Source of the DNA: Klebsormidium nitens
Lineage: Eukaryota > Plantae > Klebsormidiophyceae
Length of the DNA: 36,205 nucleotides
Assembly: GCA_000708835.1 (NCBI GenBank)
Contig: DF237194.1
Coordinates: 89,309 to 125,513, forward strand
Direction of reading: 5' to 3'
Under the pieces are notes generated by a model. The model had not been told where the DNA came from, searched no databases, and saw only the letters and a list, made by a program, of their open reading frames with translations. The position numbers were made by a program, and so were the translations under genes. How positions within the stretch are numbered: position 1 is the first letter of the stretch; each line of letters opens with the position of its first letter. Shown in pieces: positions 22,360-34,334 of the stretch.

Positions 22360-22630
22360 GGCGCGTAGTAATTTTGTCACGGCTACGGCGACGCGCTGCG
22401 CGCTTAAGGCGGCCACGTGCTAGATATTTGAAGGGCGCGTGCGCGCGCAACGGGGAAAAGGAGCGCACGCGCTGCCAGGTGCGACAGCAGGCTTTCTGAC
22501 CACAGCGAAACAGGAAATGTTTTTCCACACTATTCATTCGGCCAGTGCATGCTCGTGACAGGCCGTTGTGCATGAAGCTTATGATGGATCGCTCGCGGCT
22601 TGTGCACGCGCGCAGTCTCGCGCTCGCGAG
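22360..22630. promoter_or_regulatory. CG-rich island, putative divergent promoter
   Basis: GACGCGCTGCGCGC, GGCGCGTGCGCGCGC, GCGCACGCGC and GCACGCGCGCAGTCTCGCGCTCGCGAGC, with AGATATTTGAA in between. Confidence 0.4.
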
Positions 22631-22699
22631 CAGGATTGAGAAGCAAAGTAATGGAACAGCGCTTCAGTGCCGATCTGCCAAAGGCACGAGGGCCAGCGG

Positions 22700-23600
22700 C
22701 AGGCGAGAACGATGCTGCCGTTACGAGTCCGCCAAAACTTTGCACGTATTAAGGTTACCGACCGTTGGGAGACACCTTGCTCAAAGGCCTGGCAATATCG
22801 AAGTTACAGCCTTAGCCAGCTGGCCGATCGCTCGAATCTGGATCTGCTCTGAAATGGATCCGGTGGACTACAAACTCAAAAATAGTCTGGGCGAACCTCT
22901 TGCTAATTGCTCGACGGTATTCGAAACGAAGTGAAAAAGGTACGGTACAGCTTGCTCCTGTCCTCGTGTAGAGGTAGATGAGAGCCCGGACGTTAGATAC
23001 GATACTGATAAGGAAGTGATCCGCAAGGCCCAGGAAAAAACGCAGTCAAGCATTTGGCGGAGGGCTCATACACGGTTCAACTCTCGTCTCCTGGGCGCAA
23101 GGCACCCTTAAGCTTACTCACGATGATTACTGTCCAACCCGCTTGATTCTTGTCCGAGTCAGGCGCCCTGACGGGGCTCGCGCACATCGAAAACAAGTTC
23201 GCGTCGTACGGTATGTGCTTCCCTTGCATGATGGCTCTTTGAGTGATCAGGTTCTGTTTGTGATGTGCTTTCATCAACCAGGGCCTCATCATTGCCCACA
23301 AGATACGTTTCGTATAACTGTAGCGTTTCGCTTAATCACAACTTTGTTTAGGAACAACGCCTTTCAAGGAATCCTTAGCATCCGACACAGCTTACGCATC
23401 CGAAGAACAACCAAGAAATGTAGACCTTTCTGGCAGGTCCACCCCTTTGAAAACGAACGGCTTTAATGAACTTTTGTGGGAGAGATTTGTCAACATTGGG
23501 TTCGATATTTGTGGCTGTGATTCTTCCTGAAGTGCCCGTCGGAACTTAAGGAGCTTCCCAACAATCTCTGCCAACGCTATCAGGGTGCAAGAGCAGATTA
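22700..23600 (+). pseudogene. Family R2 copy Z: internal fragment lacking the 5' part
   Basis: Matches copy A at an offset of ~2.5 kb: TTGCTCAAAG (22778/25295), CGCAAGGCCCAG, GGGCGCAAGGCACCC (23093) vs GGCCGCAAGGCGCCC (25589), both encoding GRKAP. Confidence 0.6.
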
Positions 23601-23924
23601 CTTAAAAGTTACTTCGTTTCAATCGATGCGGTGACTTAGGGACCAGCCTATTTCGAGGTAGCTAGGCGGAAAGATTCGTATTTGAAACCTGGTCCAACAA
23701 CCTAATTGAAAGCATGGGATTGAAAGCGTGCGGACGATGATGGACGATAATGGAAAGGAGAAGGCGTTGCCAAAATCCTATATACTTTGTGCATTCAATC
23801 TAAGAGCACTTGCCCCCCTGAGTTGATGAAGGAAATGAAAAAAAGGCTTGCTGGATTCAGACTCGTATGCTCAGTACCTGCCAACAGGTTAAATGACTCT
23901 GATAGATTTTTGAGAAGCACCCAC

Positions 23925-26900
23925 AAGCCGCGTACGTCCTTACTTGGAGTTTCTCATCACCTTAAGAAATACACGAAAGCCAGGTCTTCTTGCGAATCGA
24001 TGATCCGCCAGCGCCAGCTAGCCCTCTCGGTTCCTACAGCCAACATAGGAATCTCGTACGTTGGAAAGTTAGTTTCAAAAAACGTCGCCTGTGCTCGGCG
24101 CCCCTAATCAGAGCTTGCTCAATCTAAGTGTAATCCGCATCCAGAAACGTCAAGTGATAGATGTTCAGGGTCTCGGTTGTGTTGGCAAAGCCAATTTGCA
24201 CAGTGTCAAAAGCAGGGATTCTTTTGAAGCCGAGACGCCACCGTAAACAGTGCCAAAGAGGAGATCAACTTGACTGGGAAAGAGGGCGCGGTCATCCGTC
24301 GCCCTTGGGAAGCTTCTGTGTTTGGTGTGGCCCGGCCACAATCTACGTCCACTGTGAATGGTGAGTCAGATTCTCGACTCTGCCAAGCAAAGAGCGTCAT
24401 GGGCGATTTTGTACGTACGGACAACCTGGGTTTGTATCTTTTAGGAGTCCACTCTGGAATTCTCCTGAATCCCCGACTTGTAGCTATGCAATGAAGGGGC
24501 GCAAGTTGAAAAGCATCATTGCCGGCAAGACGCAGTTTCAATCGCAGCGCGGCTGACGTCACGAAAACGCAAAGTTGATGAGCACCTTCTCCGGAATGAA
24601 GCCTACAGCACTTTGGGGCAAAATCTGTGATGCGAATCGGAGGCTCTTGACGAACCCCCATGGTTCCAATCTTCTAAAGAGCTGAAGGACGCGCAAGATG
24701 GGTTTAAAGTCGTAAACAAGAGATGCTCTGTGGAAAGGTCCTAGCATTGTGTGCAGTGTACATTTGCAATGACCGAGACTCAAATCTTTTGAATTATCCT
24801 TCTCTGGTAAAAAGCTTCACCACAATCCAAAAGGTTAGGTTCATCTGCTCTCTGCAGAATCGACTAAAGACCGCTTAGGGGGGTGCAGATCAAAAGCAGT
24901 GGCCAACGCACCGGACTGGACACTTGTACGTGCTCTGAAAGTGCATGCCGAAGGTCTTCTGATGCGTTGGCTCAGAGATGCTTTTTGAAGACCCGCGTCG
25001 ATTGACTTGGATGTAATCCAAATCAAGCTGGTCAATGCGTCAGCGCCCCTTAAAGTGAAAAATCAATTCTTCGGAAGTGCATGTTTGCAACGTCCCGGAG
25101 TAGCTTTGTAAGGCACTTCTCACAGTGCAGCCGCTGCAAACTTGACTCAGCAAGCCCAACGGAAGCAACGGCAAGTCTTCTTGCATTCTTGTAGGTGGGA
25201 ACCGTATAATTGGTAATATGCATGACCTCGGGGGAATTATCTTTGAACTTCGTCGATTCAACAAACGGCTACGAGCCAAAACGTAGGATGAAGAATTGCT
25301 CAAAGAACGTGAGAAGGGTGATCGGCATCGAATCCGTTATTGAAGGCTATGATGATCCTGCTCGACGTCTGCCAGTGGAGGGCGCCATCTCAGATGCTAT
25401 ATATATAAAGAAACTTTTTGAGAGTCTGACTATGTCATGCCTGAACATGAAACAGAGCCGTGCAGAAGGAAAGTTTGCACCACGTGATGATAATAATGGA
25501 GGGGTGCGCAAGGCCCAGATACAGGCCCGAACACGGAGTCGAGCAAGTGGCTCGAAGGACTCATACACAGCGGTAGACCGACTCTGATGGCCGCAAGGCG
25601 CCCTCAAGCAACGCCGATAGTCACTATCTGCGACCCGAGGATTCCTTCTCGGCAGTAAATCAAACGTACGTTTCAAGAGACAAACCACAACTACGGTTTC
25701 GGTGCATAAAGTGGGCAGTTTTTTGCTGAGCGTTGCACACTGCAACACGCAACCCGCCGCTAGTCGGACCTTTTGCTAATCTATATGATGATTCAATAGG
25801 AGTCACGGTCTGAGTCAGCGTGTCCCAATATTGGGTGCGCGGCGGTGGCCAGAATCGCGCAGCGTATTTCCGGTCTACTTCTTTCTGACACAATGTTTAG
25901 CAGCTAGTCTGAGATGCGATTCGAGGAAGCAGCTAGTGTGATCAGATGCGGTTCGATTTTGAAAGGCCACCGTTGCGGTGTATCAAGGAACCGTGAACCG
26001 TGAATCGTGAATCTGCAAGGTGCTTTCGTTTCGAATGGACGGGCGCAGAAACAGAGTGCGCATAGTTGTCAATAGGTTTTCCCACTAACTGGGGATTCGA
26101 AGGGCCTCGCCTAAAGCACATACGTCGGTTCGAAAAGAGCGGCCCGCCGCACTTTACTGTTCGGTTGAAACTGGCGCCAAGACGAGGTGCACGTACAATC
26201 AAGATACGTTTGAAAAGAGGATCATACTGACCTTTTGGCGACTTTTTCAAACGAGAAACAAAATTTACGATCTGATGGGCATCTCACACAACACACACCC
26301 TACAAAAGGCACCCGAACCAGTACCCGAGCAGCAGCGTATGGCAGAGGTCTTCTTTGGATAACTTCGGTAACGTGCATTGAGAAGAGATTGAGACGTTGC
26401 GGTCAAGCGTTGGTTTCAATGCTAGCGAGGAAGGCCGCTCGAGCACATTATTGCTTACGCCTTGCCTAAGCTGCGGTTGGCATGCCGGCTCTTCAATATG
26501 ACGGAAGTTCTTTCTGATTTGCTGTGCTTCCATCAAGGAGGCGGTCATCATTGCAGCAAGCAATCTGCCTTGTCGCAGCGCAGGCTTGTCCAACTAGTGT
26601 GGAAAGTTCCTGTAGACGCACCTTCGTAATCGACATGTATGGTTCTAGAGCAGTTTTACTTTTCGAGGGCCATCTCGGCAAGGTGTGAGAATATCTGACC
26701 CCTTCTTTTGGGCCCAGATTATGCCGCAGCTCATTGGCAGCCCACGAATTCGAAGACCCCTCCTAGCATCTAACGCAGTCTTCTACAACCCACATTCATA
26801 TTGCACGGCTCGTTCAGTATCCGCTGTTCCTTCCTTAAAAAGGGGGCACAAAATACCTGAATGGACCCATCTCTAGTTTATCCAGAGCAACTTTGCCGTG

Positions 26901-27388
26901 CCATAGCGTGTGAGCTACGTACGGCGGCGATGGCGGCTGGTCTACAATCCCGAAAGCTCGCGCTTGGTAAGAAGAAAAGCACGGAGTCACTTGCCACTGG
27001 CAGAACGACATATAGCGCAAAAAGCAGCCGAAAATCTCCCGGCTCTACTATAGAGTACTGGCCCACGCTCCCAACAGGCCGCCTTTAATATTGTTCCTTC
27101 ATTAAAGTAGTGACTTCTTCTCATGCGGTTAAATGGGCGCACTGGCTTTGCTCGCTGTTTGTTAACGGGTCCGAGATCAGGGGGAAGAGGGGGGTGTTGG
27201 CAGGGAAGCAAACGAGGGCAGATGAGTCTTCAACTGCAGCACCCTCGAAGTGCCTAGTAACGGTCTCAGTCCGCGGCTCTTACCGCACCTTGGAAGCACT
27301 AGAGACATCGTCTGTCATTGCCGCCTTAAGTCAAACCCAATTTGCTCGCTTCTGTGATCTTGTTTGCTCGCATTCTGCAGAGTCCTAG
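23925..27388 (+). pseudogene. Family R2 copy A (most diverged near-full-length copy; start approximate)
   Basis: KVHAEGLLMRWLRDAF*RPASIDLDVIQIKLVNASAPL (~24938-25051) aligns with B and C. The 3' part aligns with B: GAAGACCCCTCCTAGC (26752/30428) and TSSVIAAL. Confidence 0.7.
25988..26013. repeat. 7-nt tandem repeat GAA(C/T)CGT, ~3.7 units
   Basis: GAACCGT GAACCGT GAATCGT GAATC. Confidence 0.85.
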
Positions 27389-27649
27389 CAAAACCGGAAT
27401 CTACCTGTGAAGCTATTAAAAGCGCCAACGTACCAACGAACGGGGGTGAACAGCTCCTCAGCGTCGCCTAGCGCGCCGGGCAAGTTCACAGCTCATTGAC
27501 ACAACGAGTCAGAAGTACTCCTTGCATCCAAAGCAAATCGACAGCACTGAAGTACGGCGGGGTTATTCGAATCCGCAGACCGCAGTCAAAAAGACGGAGA
27601 GCAGTCCGGCGGGCGTGAGCCTTTAATAAGTCTGAAACCGCGAAAGCAG

Positions 27650-27880
27650 TTTGCCGCGGCTGCGCTGACGTTGAAGGCGGCTACAGGGTGGCGTCCTAAG
27701 GAGCGCGCGCGCGCGCACACTCGCCGAAGAGGGGAGCAATCGAAAGAGACACCACTAGACTGAGACGAGAAGGAACGCAATCCAATCTAGTTCCTTTTGA
27801 TTACCAGAGCATGAGTTCAGCAGTGACGATTGACTGCGCCGGTGGTCACGTAAGCGCGCAAGGGCGCGCTCGCGCTGTTT
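27650..27880 (+). promoter_or_regulatory. R2 promoter cassette, copy B
   Basis: TGGCGTCCTAAGGAG, then (GC)7 at 27703-27716, CAATCTAG at 27783 and GCGCGCAAGGGCGCGCTCGCGC. The same order is found at 31545-31760. Confidence 0.5.
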
Positions 27881-27911
27881 GACGATCTAGGTGAAGCGGT
27901 GCAAAGCAAAC

Positions 27912-30900
27912 GTGAGGCGCTCGTCTATCGAAGTCTCGACTTCCAAGCGAGGAGAGATCTTCGCTTTCTTGCAGCGTTTCGAAACATTTCTGCTGATTCT
28001 GCCCATTGCATTTGCGCCCAGCTGATTGTGCCGCCGGGTTTGGTCGGACTCAGTTCAGTAGACCTGGATTCAAGTTTTTTAACCTTGCACACCCTTACGC
28101 GGCGGATCAAACGCCCAGCTTTCCGATATGTGAAACTTCGAAGTGGAAGTTGGAGAAAAGGTGGCCCGTCGATCATAGGCCGCATTTATTGAGAGCCATT
28201 GTCAGAAGTGGCTCCGATGAAGCGAGGTTTGGCAAAAACGTCCGCGACCGTCGCTGGCTCAAAGAAAAGCGGCCAAGATCGGATGTGTTCATGAAATGCC
28301 ATGGGCAACTTCAAGCGCTGCCTAACTATCCTTGCCAAAATTATCCAAGACCAAGGCCGGAATTCCCGATTTTTTTTACCGTTAAAGTCCTACAATAAGG
28401 TCCACTCACCGTAGTTGGGCGGGAAAATTGGTGCTAAAAACATGGTCTGGCTGATCTTGAAGGCGCACGAAATCCGACGTTTGACAATTAAAATTGAAAA
28501 CCGTTCATTTAATCGTTGAAATTGAAGATCAAATCGTACGTCCGTAGGGCTACATGCAAGGTCGAGAACACGAAAAGCTGAAGACAAAAGACCCGAGTGT
28601 TCTGACCCAACTTGATTGTAAACGATGAAGTTGGTGTGCAGCACAGCTAGCTTGCTTGGCAAACGGCCATGTTGCAATTCCTTAACAAGCGCCGTCAAGA
28701 TACGTCACAAAGACGGATCTACTCAGCAACAACACGGATTGACGTCCTGGCATGGACTCCGTTCTCAGGCAAGTGCATCAGTATTCTATTCTCAAGTGGC
28801 TCAGGGAAGTTTCACACCGATCTCCGATGACTTGGATCCACTCCAAATCAAAGCGGACAATGCATCAGGGCCCCTCACTGTGACAACGCAATCCTTTTTC
28901 ACGTGCAGGTTCGGACTTACCAGCTCCAAAGGACGTTCGCACCGCAGCCGCTGTAAAAGACCGCTGGCATGGAGGGAAGATCTTATTCTATCTTACAATA
29001 TCCGACCGTAGACTCAATAAAATGGCCTTGGTCCAGGGCGTTGCAAGCTACGCCTTTCCGCCGGGCACACACGATGGGATCCATCATCCCGGCCCGTTCT
29101 CTATGAAGGCTTGTCAGAGAGTAGAGAGTCACGTTGTTGTTGACGGCTTGCATGCAGGGGCTGATCTGAGCGGCAAAATGCCTTGCTTATGCACGAGCGA
29201 GTAATATCCGAGCTGTCCCGCGATTGTTTTGAGGCGGACGCCGTCAGATCGACGTCAGGTTGACGGCGTAAGAATTAGCCTTAGTGGATCGAATCATGCA
29301 GCGCAATTGGACGAACGTGAGATAGTCTCGAGACCGGTGTCTATCCGTGATATTCGTCAGAAGAGCAATCAAACCGATGCGTGGACGGAAAAATTTCATC
29401 TTAGACGCTAGAGCCGTAACTCCAACGATCTGACCACGTAATTTCCCTTGACAAATTAATAAGAGAATTGAGCAGCCCAGACAACGTTGTGATTCTGATT
29501 TGGAAGGTCATCGTGCCACGTGCCCAGAAACAGATTTGAACACGCGGCCGAGCATTCACCTGAGAAGGACTCATCGACGGTGCACATTAATTGTGATGGC
29601 CGCGCAACACTCTCAAGCCAAACCAATCACGGTCCAAGACCTGCATTTCTGTACGCAGCAAGTGTGTTTCGAATGTACAAATCGAACGTCCGAAGACACC
29701 CTTCACGAAGTAAGAACACCAATTTAGCGGCCAACGTAACTTTTGAAATTGTAAACGAGCAACCTGACGGACCTATCGCTTCTCCTTGATGTACTTGCAA
29801 GTTACATGTACCCCGGCTCGGTATGGGCGCTCGGAGATTAGCACATTCCATCTACATCACCACGAAAAAGCTGCATACGGTCGCCGACAGCCTGGATCCC
29901 CGGTTTGAAGATCGAGAGCCTGAGGGCCTGTTGATTGCAGAGCGTTGCAGAACCAGGCTTGAAAGCCGAGGTGCCACGCGAGTGACAAAACAAGCATGCA
30001 AGCATCTGCTGCCGCATGCTTCAGAACTCTCAAAGCGGGCCTCTCAAAATCCACTGATCAGATTCGGGCTGCGGGTAACCTTCAAGGGGAGTTCTCCAAT
30101 AAATCGAAGCTGACGCCGGGACGAAGCATCAAAAGTAACAAGAATCAAAACAATCGATTCACCTCGACTTGCCGGCTCTCAGATATGGGTCCCTGGCCTA
30201 ATGCTTCTGGTATCAATAAAGGCCTCCGCATTGCCTCCAAGGCTTGCTTGATGTCCAACAACGCAGCACAGACTAGCTTGGCTACTGTAATTGCCCGTTT
30301 TTTATTGCTTGTTACAGACTGAACAAGAGCTTCAGCGAATCCGTGTCGCAACGGCCATTTTGGCGAACCAATCTCTTTTCGAAAGTGGCCCGAAGTTTGC
30401 CGCAGATGACTTTGCACCCGCAAACGCGAAGACCCCTCCTAGCTTCCGACACAGTTTTTTGCAACCCACGTTCATAAACCACGGCTCGTTGAAATCGTGT
30501 CAACTGTCCCTTTCAGAAATAAGGGGGCCGGAAAGGGAGATTCCGGTCGGCCGGTCTGCAATCCGCAGCAGCTTTGCCATGCCACCGCGTGCCAGTAGCT
30601 ACGGACCGATAGCGGCTGGTGCACAGTCTCAAGAGCTCGCGCGCTTGGGGTAAAGAGTTGCACACGCTGTCAGGCAGAACGACGAAGACATATAATTTGC
30701 AAGAGGAGAGGCGAGGGTACTAGGGTCTTATAGGGTACTAGCCCACGCTCCCAACAGGCCCGCCGTTACAATGAGGCTTTCAAATAGTAGTGACTTCTCG
30801 TACGGTCAATTGGCCGTACAAGGCTCGCTCTTTGTTTGCCTGACGGGCCGATCGCAAGGGAGAGGGGGGGTGTTGGAAGGAAAGAATTTAGCGCAGATTT

Positions 30901-31091
30901 ATCTGAGCGGCCTGTAAGAGCTGCCCCGAAACTCCCGACAACAATCTCAAGCCGCGGCTCTTACGAATGCCAATCAAGGAGTATCGTCTAGCGCACGTTG
31001 CAAGCACGTACTACGGACGTCGTCCGTCATTGCCGCCTTAAATACTTTGACCCAATCAGCTCGTTCTGTAATCGATTTTGGGTTTGATTAG
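27912..31091 (+). pseudogene. Family R2 copy B: full-length remnant (~1,050 codons), unknown product
   Basis: Colinear with A and C. Peptides: ADQTPS, MVWLILK, P*GYMQGREHEKLK.KDP, QVHQYSILKWLREV, DLDPLQIKA.NAS.P, RVESHV, CHVPR..FEHA.E, ITVQDL.F..QQV, RRPLLAS, TSSVIAAL. Confidence 0.8.
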
Positions 31092-31544
31092 TCGTTACAC
31101 AAGCGGGATTTGCCTTCAAAACACGTGACTTACAAGCGCCGGACCAACGAGGCTATGATCTATCTCCACCGTTGCAGCGCGGACAAGTTTTTTGCTCATG
31201 ACATTGGTTTTCTAAGCGGCATCGCTTTGAGGGAAAGCAAAAGCTGTAAGAGAGTAACCTCGCAAGGTAGTACGCCGAGCGGCGTACCTGACAAAGAATG
31301 ATTGACCCAATGATTGGGCCTAGAGTGTGCCACAGCTCTTTGGTTATAACAACTCAAAGCTTTCAAAGTGCTCATCCCCAGCTAGCTTTTAAAGCAGCCG
31401 CCAGCAGCCCTAGAGTACGAAACAGCTAGCAAGTTCGCAAGCTGCGTTCGAAAGGGATCGATACAAATTATATGAGCCCTTACGTCCGAGTCGCAAGCAG
31501 TTCAATGTCGCGACGTACAATGGCGACGGCGACGGGGGCAACAG

Positions 31545-31760
31545 AATGGCGTTCTAAGGAGCGCGCACTCCCACGCCCCGAAAAATGGCGCACGCGACAG
31601 ACAATATCACCAGATTGATAAGGGCAGGGATTTACGCGTCCAGTCTAGTTGAGTTGAGTGGATAGCGCACGCTCCCCTTGGAGTCGTGCACGAGATGCCG
31701 TATTGTTTGATTGCTCACCCCGTCAAGTGTGCGCGCGCGTTTGCGCTCGTGCTGTTCTGA
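31545..31760 (+). promoter_or_regulatory. R2 promoter cassette, copy C
   Basis: TGGCGTTCTAAGGAGCGCGC, CAGTCTAG at 31641 and GTGCGCGCGCG...GCGCTCGTGCTGTT, followed by ATG at 31788. Confidence 0.5.
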
Positions 31761-31787
31761 CGAGCGAAACGAAGGTGCAGAGCAGAC

Positions 31788-34310
31788 ATGAGGTGCTCGC
31801 CTCTCGAGCGGTTTCATGAACTCGTTCCAATGCAATGGGAGATTAATAATAATCTTGCAGGTTTTGGGATGGTTAAAATATCAGCTTGCTCGAAATTCGC
31901 ACATGAAACATATTCGCGCCCTGCGGATCATGCCCGGCCCCATATTTGAACGCAGTTCTATCCTTCCGTGCAGACCTGGATACAAGGTTGCGACCTTGCG
32001 TTCTATGTCTAGCAAAACAAGCGCCCAGCAATCCTGCTATTTGAAGCGTCGAAGTGGACTTTGCAGGATAGAATTGGTTCCCAGCCGCAGTACGATAAGC
32101 TTATCTTTAGTGCCGATGGCAAAAGTGACTCAGTGAAGCAAGCCAGCAAAAAGTTCCGCGACTCTGGCTCGGAAAAAAGCGTCAAGACCTAGCTATCATT
32201 TGAAGTACCAGGGGCAACTTCAAGAGCTTCTCAACAAATCCTTGCCAAATTCATGTCAGAAAACAAGGCCGAAATATCTACCGTTGAGTCCTACAATGAG
32301 GTCTACCAGATGCAATTGGGCGGATACAAATGGTGACAAAGACCTGGTATGGCTGACCTTGAAGGTGCTCGAAGTACGATATCTGATGATAGAAGCGTTA
32401 CTGGGTTGAAGATTATTTATAGAAGATTATTTTGTACATCCGTAGGGCTACATGCAAGGTCAAGAACACGAGAAGCTGAAAGCAAAAGATCCGGTTGTTC
32501 GTGACCCAACTTGAATATAAACCATGAAAATGGCGTGCAGCGATTTGCCTGGCAAACCACCGTGTTGCATTCCAGAATAACAGCCGTCAACCGCGTCACC
32601 GGAACGAAGCTTTCCCGCAACCTTCCAGAATAGTAATGACGCTGTGTGACGTCCTGAGGGACACCGTTCTAGGGAAGTGCATCAAACTCCTCTTCTCAAG
32701 TGGATCAAGGAGATTTCCTGCCCATACACTGATTGATTTGGATCCACTCCAAATCAAAGCGGGTAATGCATCAGCGCCCTTCGGTAACAATACTAGCGAC
32801 TCGATTCTTTTGCACTTGCAGATTTATCAACACTAGTTTCGGAGAAGTTTTCATCGCAGCCACTGTTAACGAAAGGCCACAGGGGAGCAAGAGCATTTTC
32901 TTACAATAGACTCGGCGAAACGGCTTTGGGCGTCTCAAGCTGCGCCCTTTCGACGCGGGGCCAACACAAGTAGAATAATTGTTCCGGTTCGACTTATAGA
33001 AACCTTGTTAGAGAGTAGAGAGTCACGTGTCTGATGTAGACGGCTGCTTGCACTGGGGGCTGGTTTGAGCGACAGAAAGCCCTACCTTTGCACGAACGAG
33101 TATTGTCCAAGCTAGGCGCTGTCCTCGAGATCGACCTAATTCGTACGAATCTGATTCACGGCGTACGAACCAGCTTTCGTGAACTCATAACGCAGCGCAG
33201 TTGGATGAACGTGACACAGTCAACATGTTTCTATCCGTTATGATAGCAATCAAAGTGATGCTTGGACCGGGAAAACCATCTTCCAACGATCTGACCACGG
33301 AACGCCCAAACAATAAGAGATCTGTACGTACATATACCCATCCCGAACAGATTCATTCTGATCTAGGAAGAAATTGTGCCACGTGCCCAGAACCAAATTC
33401 GAACGCGCAGTCGAGCAATCAGCTCAGGAGGACTCATGATTGGTGCACAGGTTAGTCATCGATGGCCACGATGATGGCGCGGCCCTCAAGTTGCATTGAT
33501 AACGGTCCACGACCTGTCTTTTCGTCCGCAACAAGTGGTTCGTAGCTTTGAACGTACACTTTGTACCTTTTACACGGTAAATAGGTCCAATTAGTCGCCA
33601 ACAAACCCGATTTTCCTAAAAGAGCAACCTACCGGACCTATCGCTGCTTCTTTTGCAACTTGCAAGGACTATCAAGGTGCGCTAGCGCTCGAAATCAAAG
33701 CATATTTGTCGTGCTATTACAATACCACGGAAAAGTTGCAGACGGTCGCCGGCTCCAGACTGGATTTGCTTTGATCCTCAGAAGGGCCTGTTGCAGCGGA
33801 TTACAGCAAAGAACTTAAGCAGGCTTTGAGTCCGAGGTGCCACGCGGTTCGAAGAACATGCAATCTGCTGTGGCAAGGATCGCACCGGCCTGGCCTTCAG
33901 TATCATCTCAATCAAGATCACAATTGGCGGCGCATCACCGTAAATGGCCGGTATACTGACTGAAGAGGCACTCGTTTCAGCCGCATCTCAGAGGTTGCAA
34001 GAGATAGCTTCGCTTTTCTTCGTATAGTGCCGGCTCTCACATACATCTGAGCGTCAACCAGCGTGATGGGCTTTCATCACTCAGGGCCTAGTCATTGCCT
34101 GCACGGTTTGCTCGTCGAGTCGTAGACGTCGCGGCGCAGACTTATCAAATGTGAATATCTTCTGCAGGCGGCCCTTTAGAAGAATTAAGGCTGAGGAGCC
34201 GATCGAGTCGCAAGATCCATTCCGGCAAATCTGCCGGTCGGTTGACTCGTCCTGCACAAGGGAGCACGACGGATCGATTCTTTTTTTCAACCGAAACAGC
34301 TTTGCTGCGG
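31788..34310 (+). pseudogene. Family R2 copy C: 3' ~0.9 kb deleted
   Basis: Colinear with B at an offset of ~3.9 kb (CCGTAGGGCTACATGCAAGGTC, TTGGATCCACTCCAAATCAAAGCGG, GAGAGTAGAGAGTCACGT, TCCAACGATCTGACCACG, GCCGGCTCT at 34029). Homology to B 30600-31500 is missing. Confidence 0.8.
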
Positions 34311-34334
34311 CTGCATAGCGGTGCGTGAACGCGT

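Noticed and set aside
23040-23135. PEGA/carboxypeptidase-regulatory-like stretch (HLAEGSYTVQLSSPG)
   Set aside because: The match is too short, and sister copies read differently at the key positions.
24390-24470. Trypsin-like tail (LGLYLLGVHSG)
   Set aside because: No GDSGG motif upstream. The segment is part of R2 copy A and is not conserved as such in B or C.
25310-25435. Caspase/metacaspase-like N-terminus (VIGIESVIEGYDDPARRLPVEGAISDAIYIKKLFESL)
   Set aside because: The homologous positions in R2 copies B, C and Z do not keep the pattern, and no His-Gly or Asp-x-Cys catalytic motif follows.
5130-29500. All-three-stops-reassigned genetic code (TGA=Trp, as several TGA sit in Trp-like contexts)
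   Set aside because: Frameshifts and multi-base duplications between paralogs remain under any code, some TGAs vanish when the frame is corrected, and ordinary C-to-T/G-to-A decay explains the rest.
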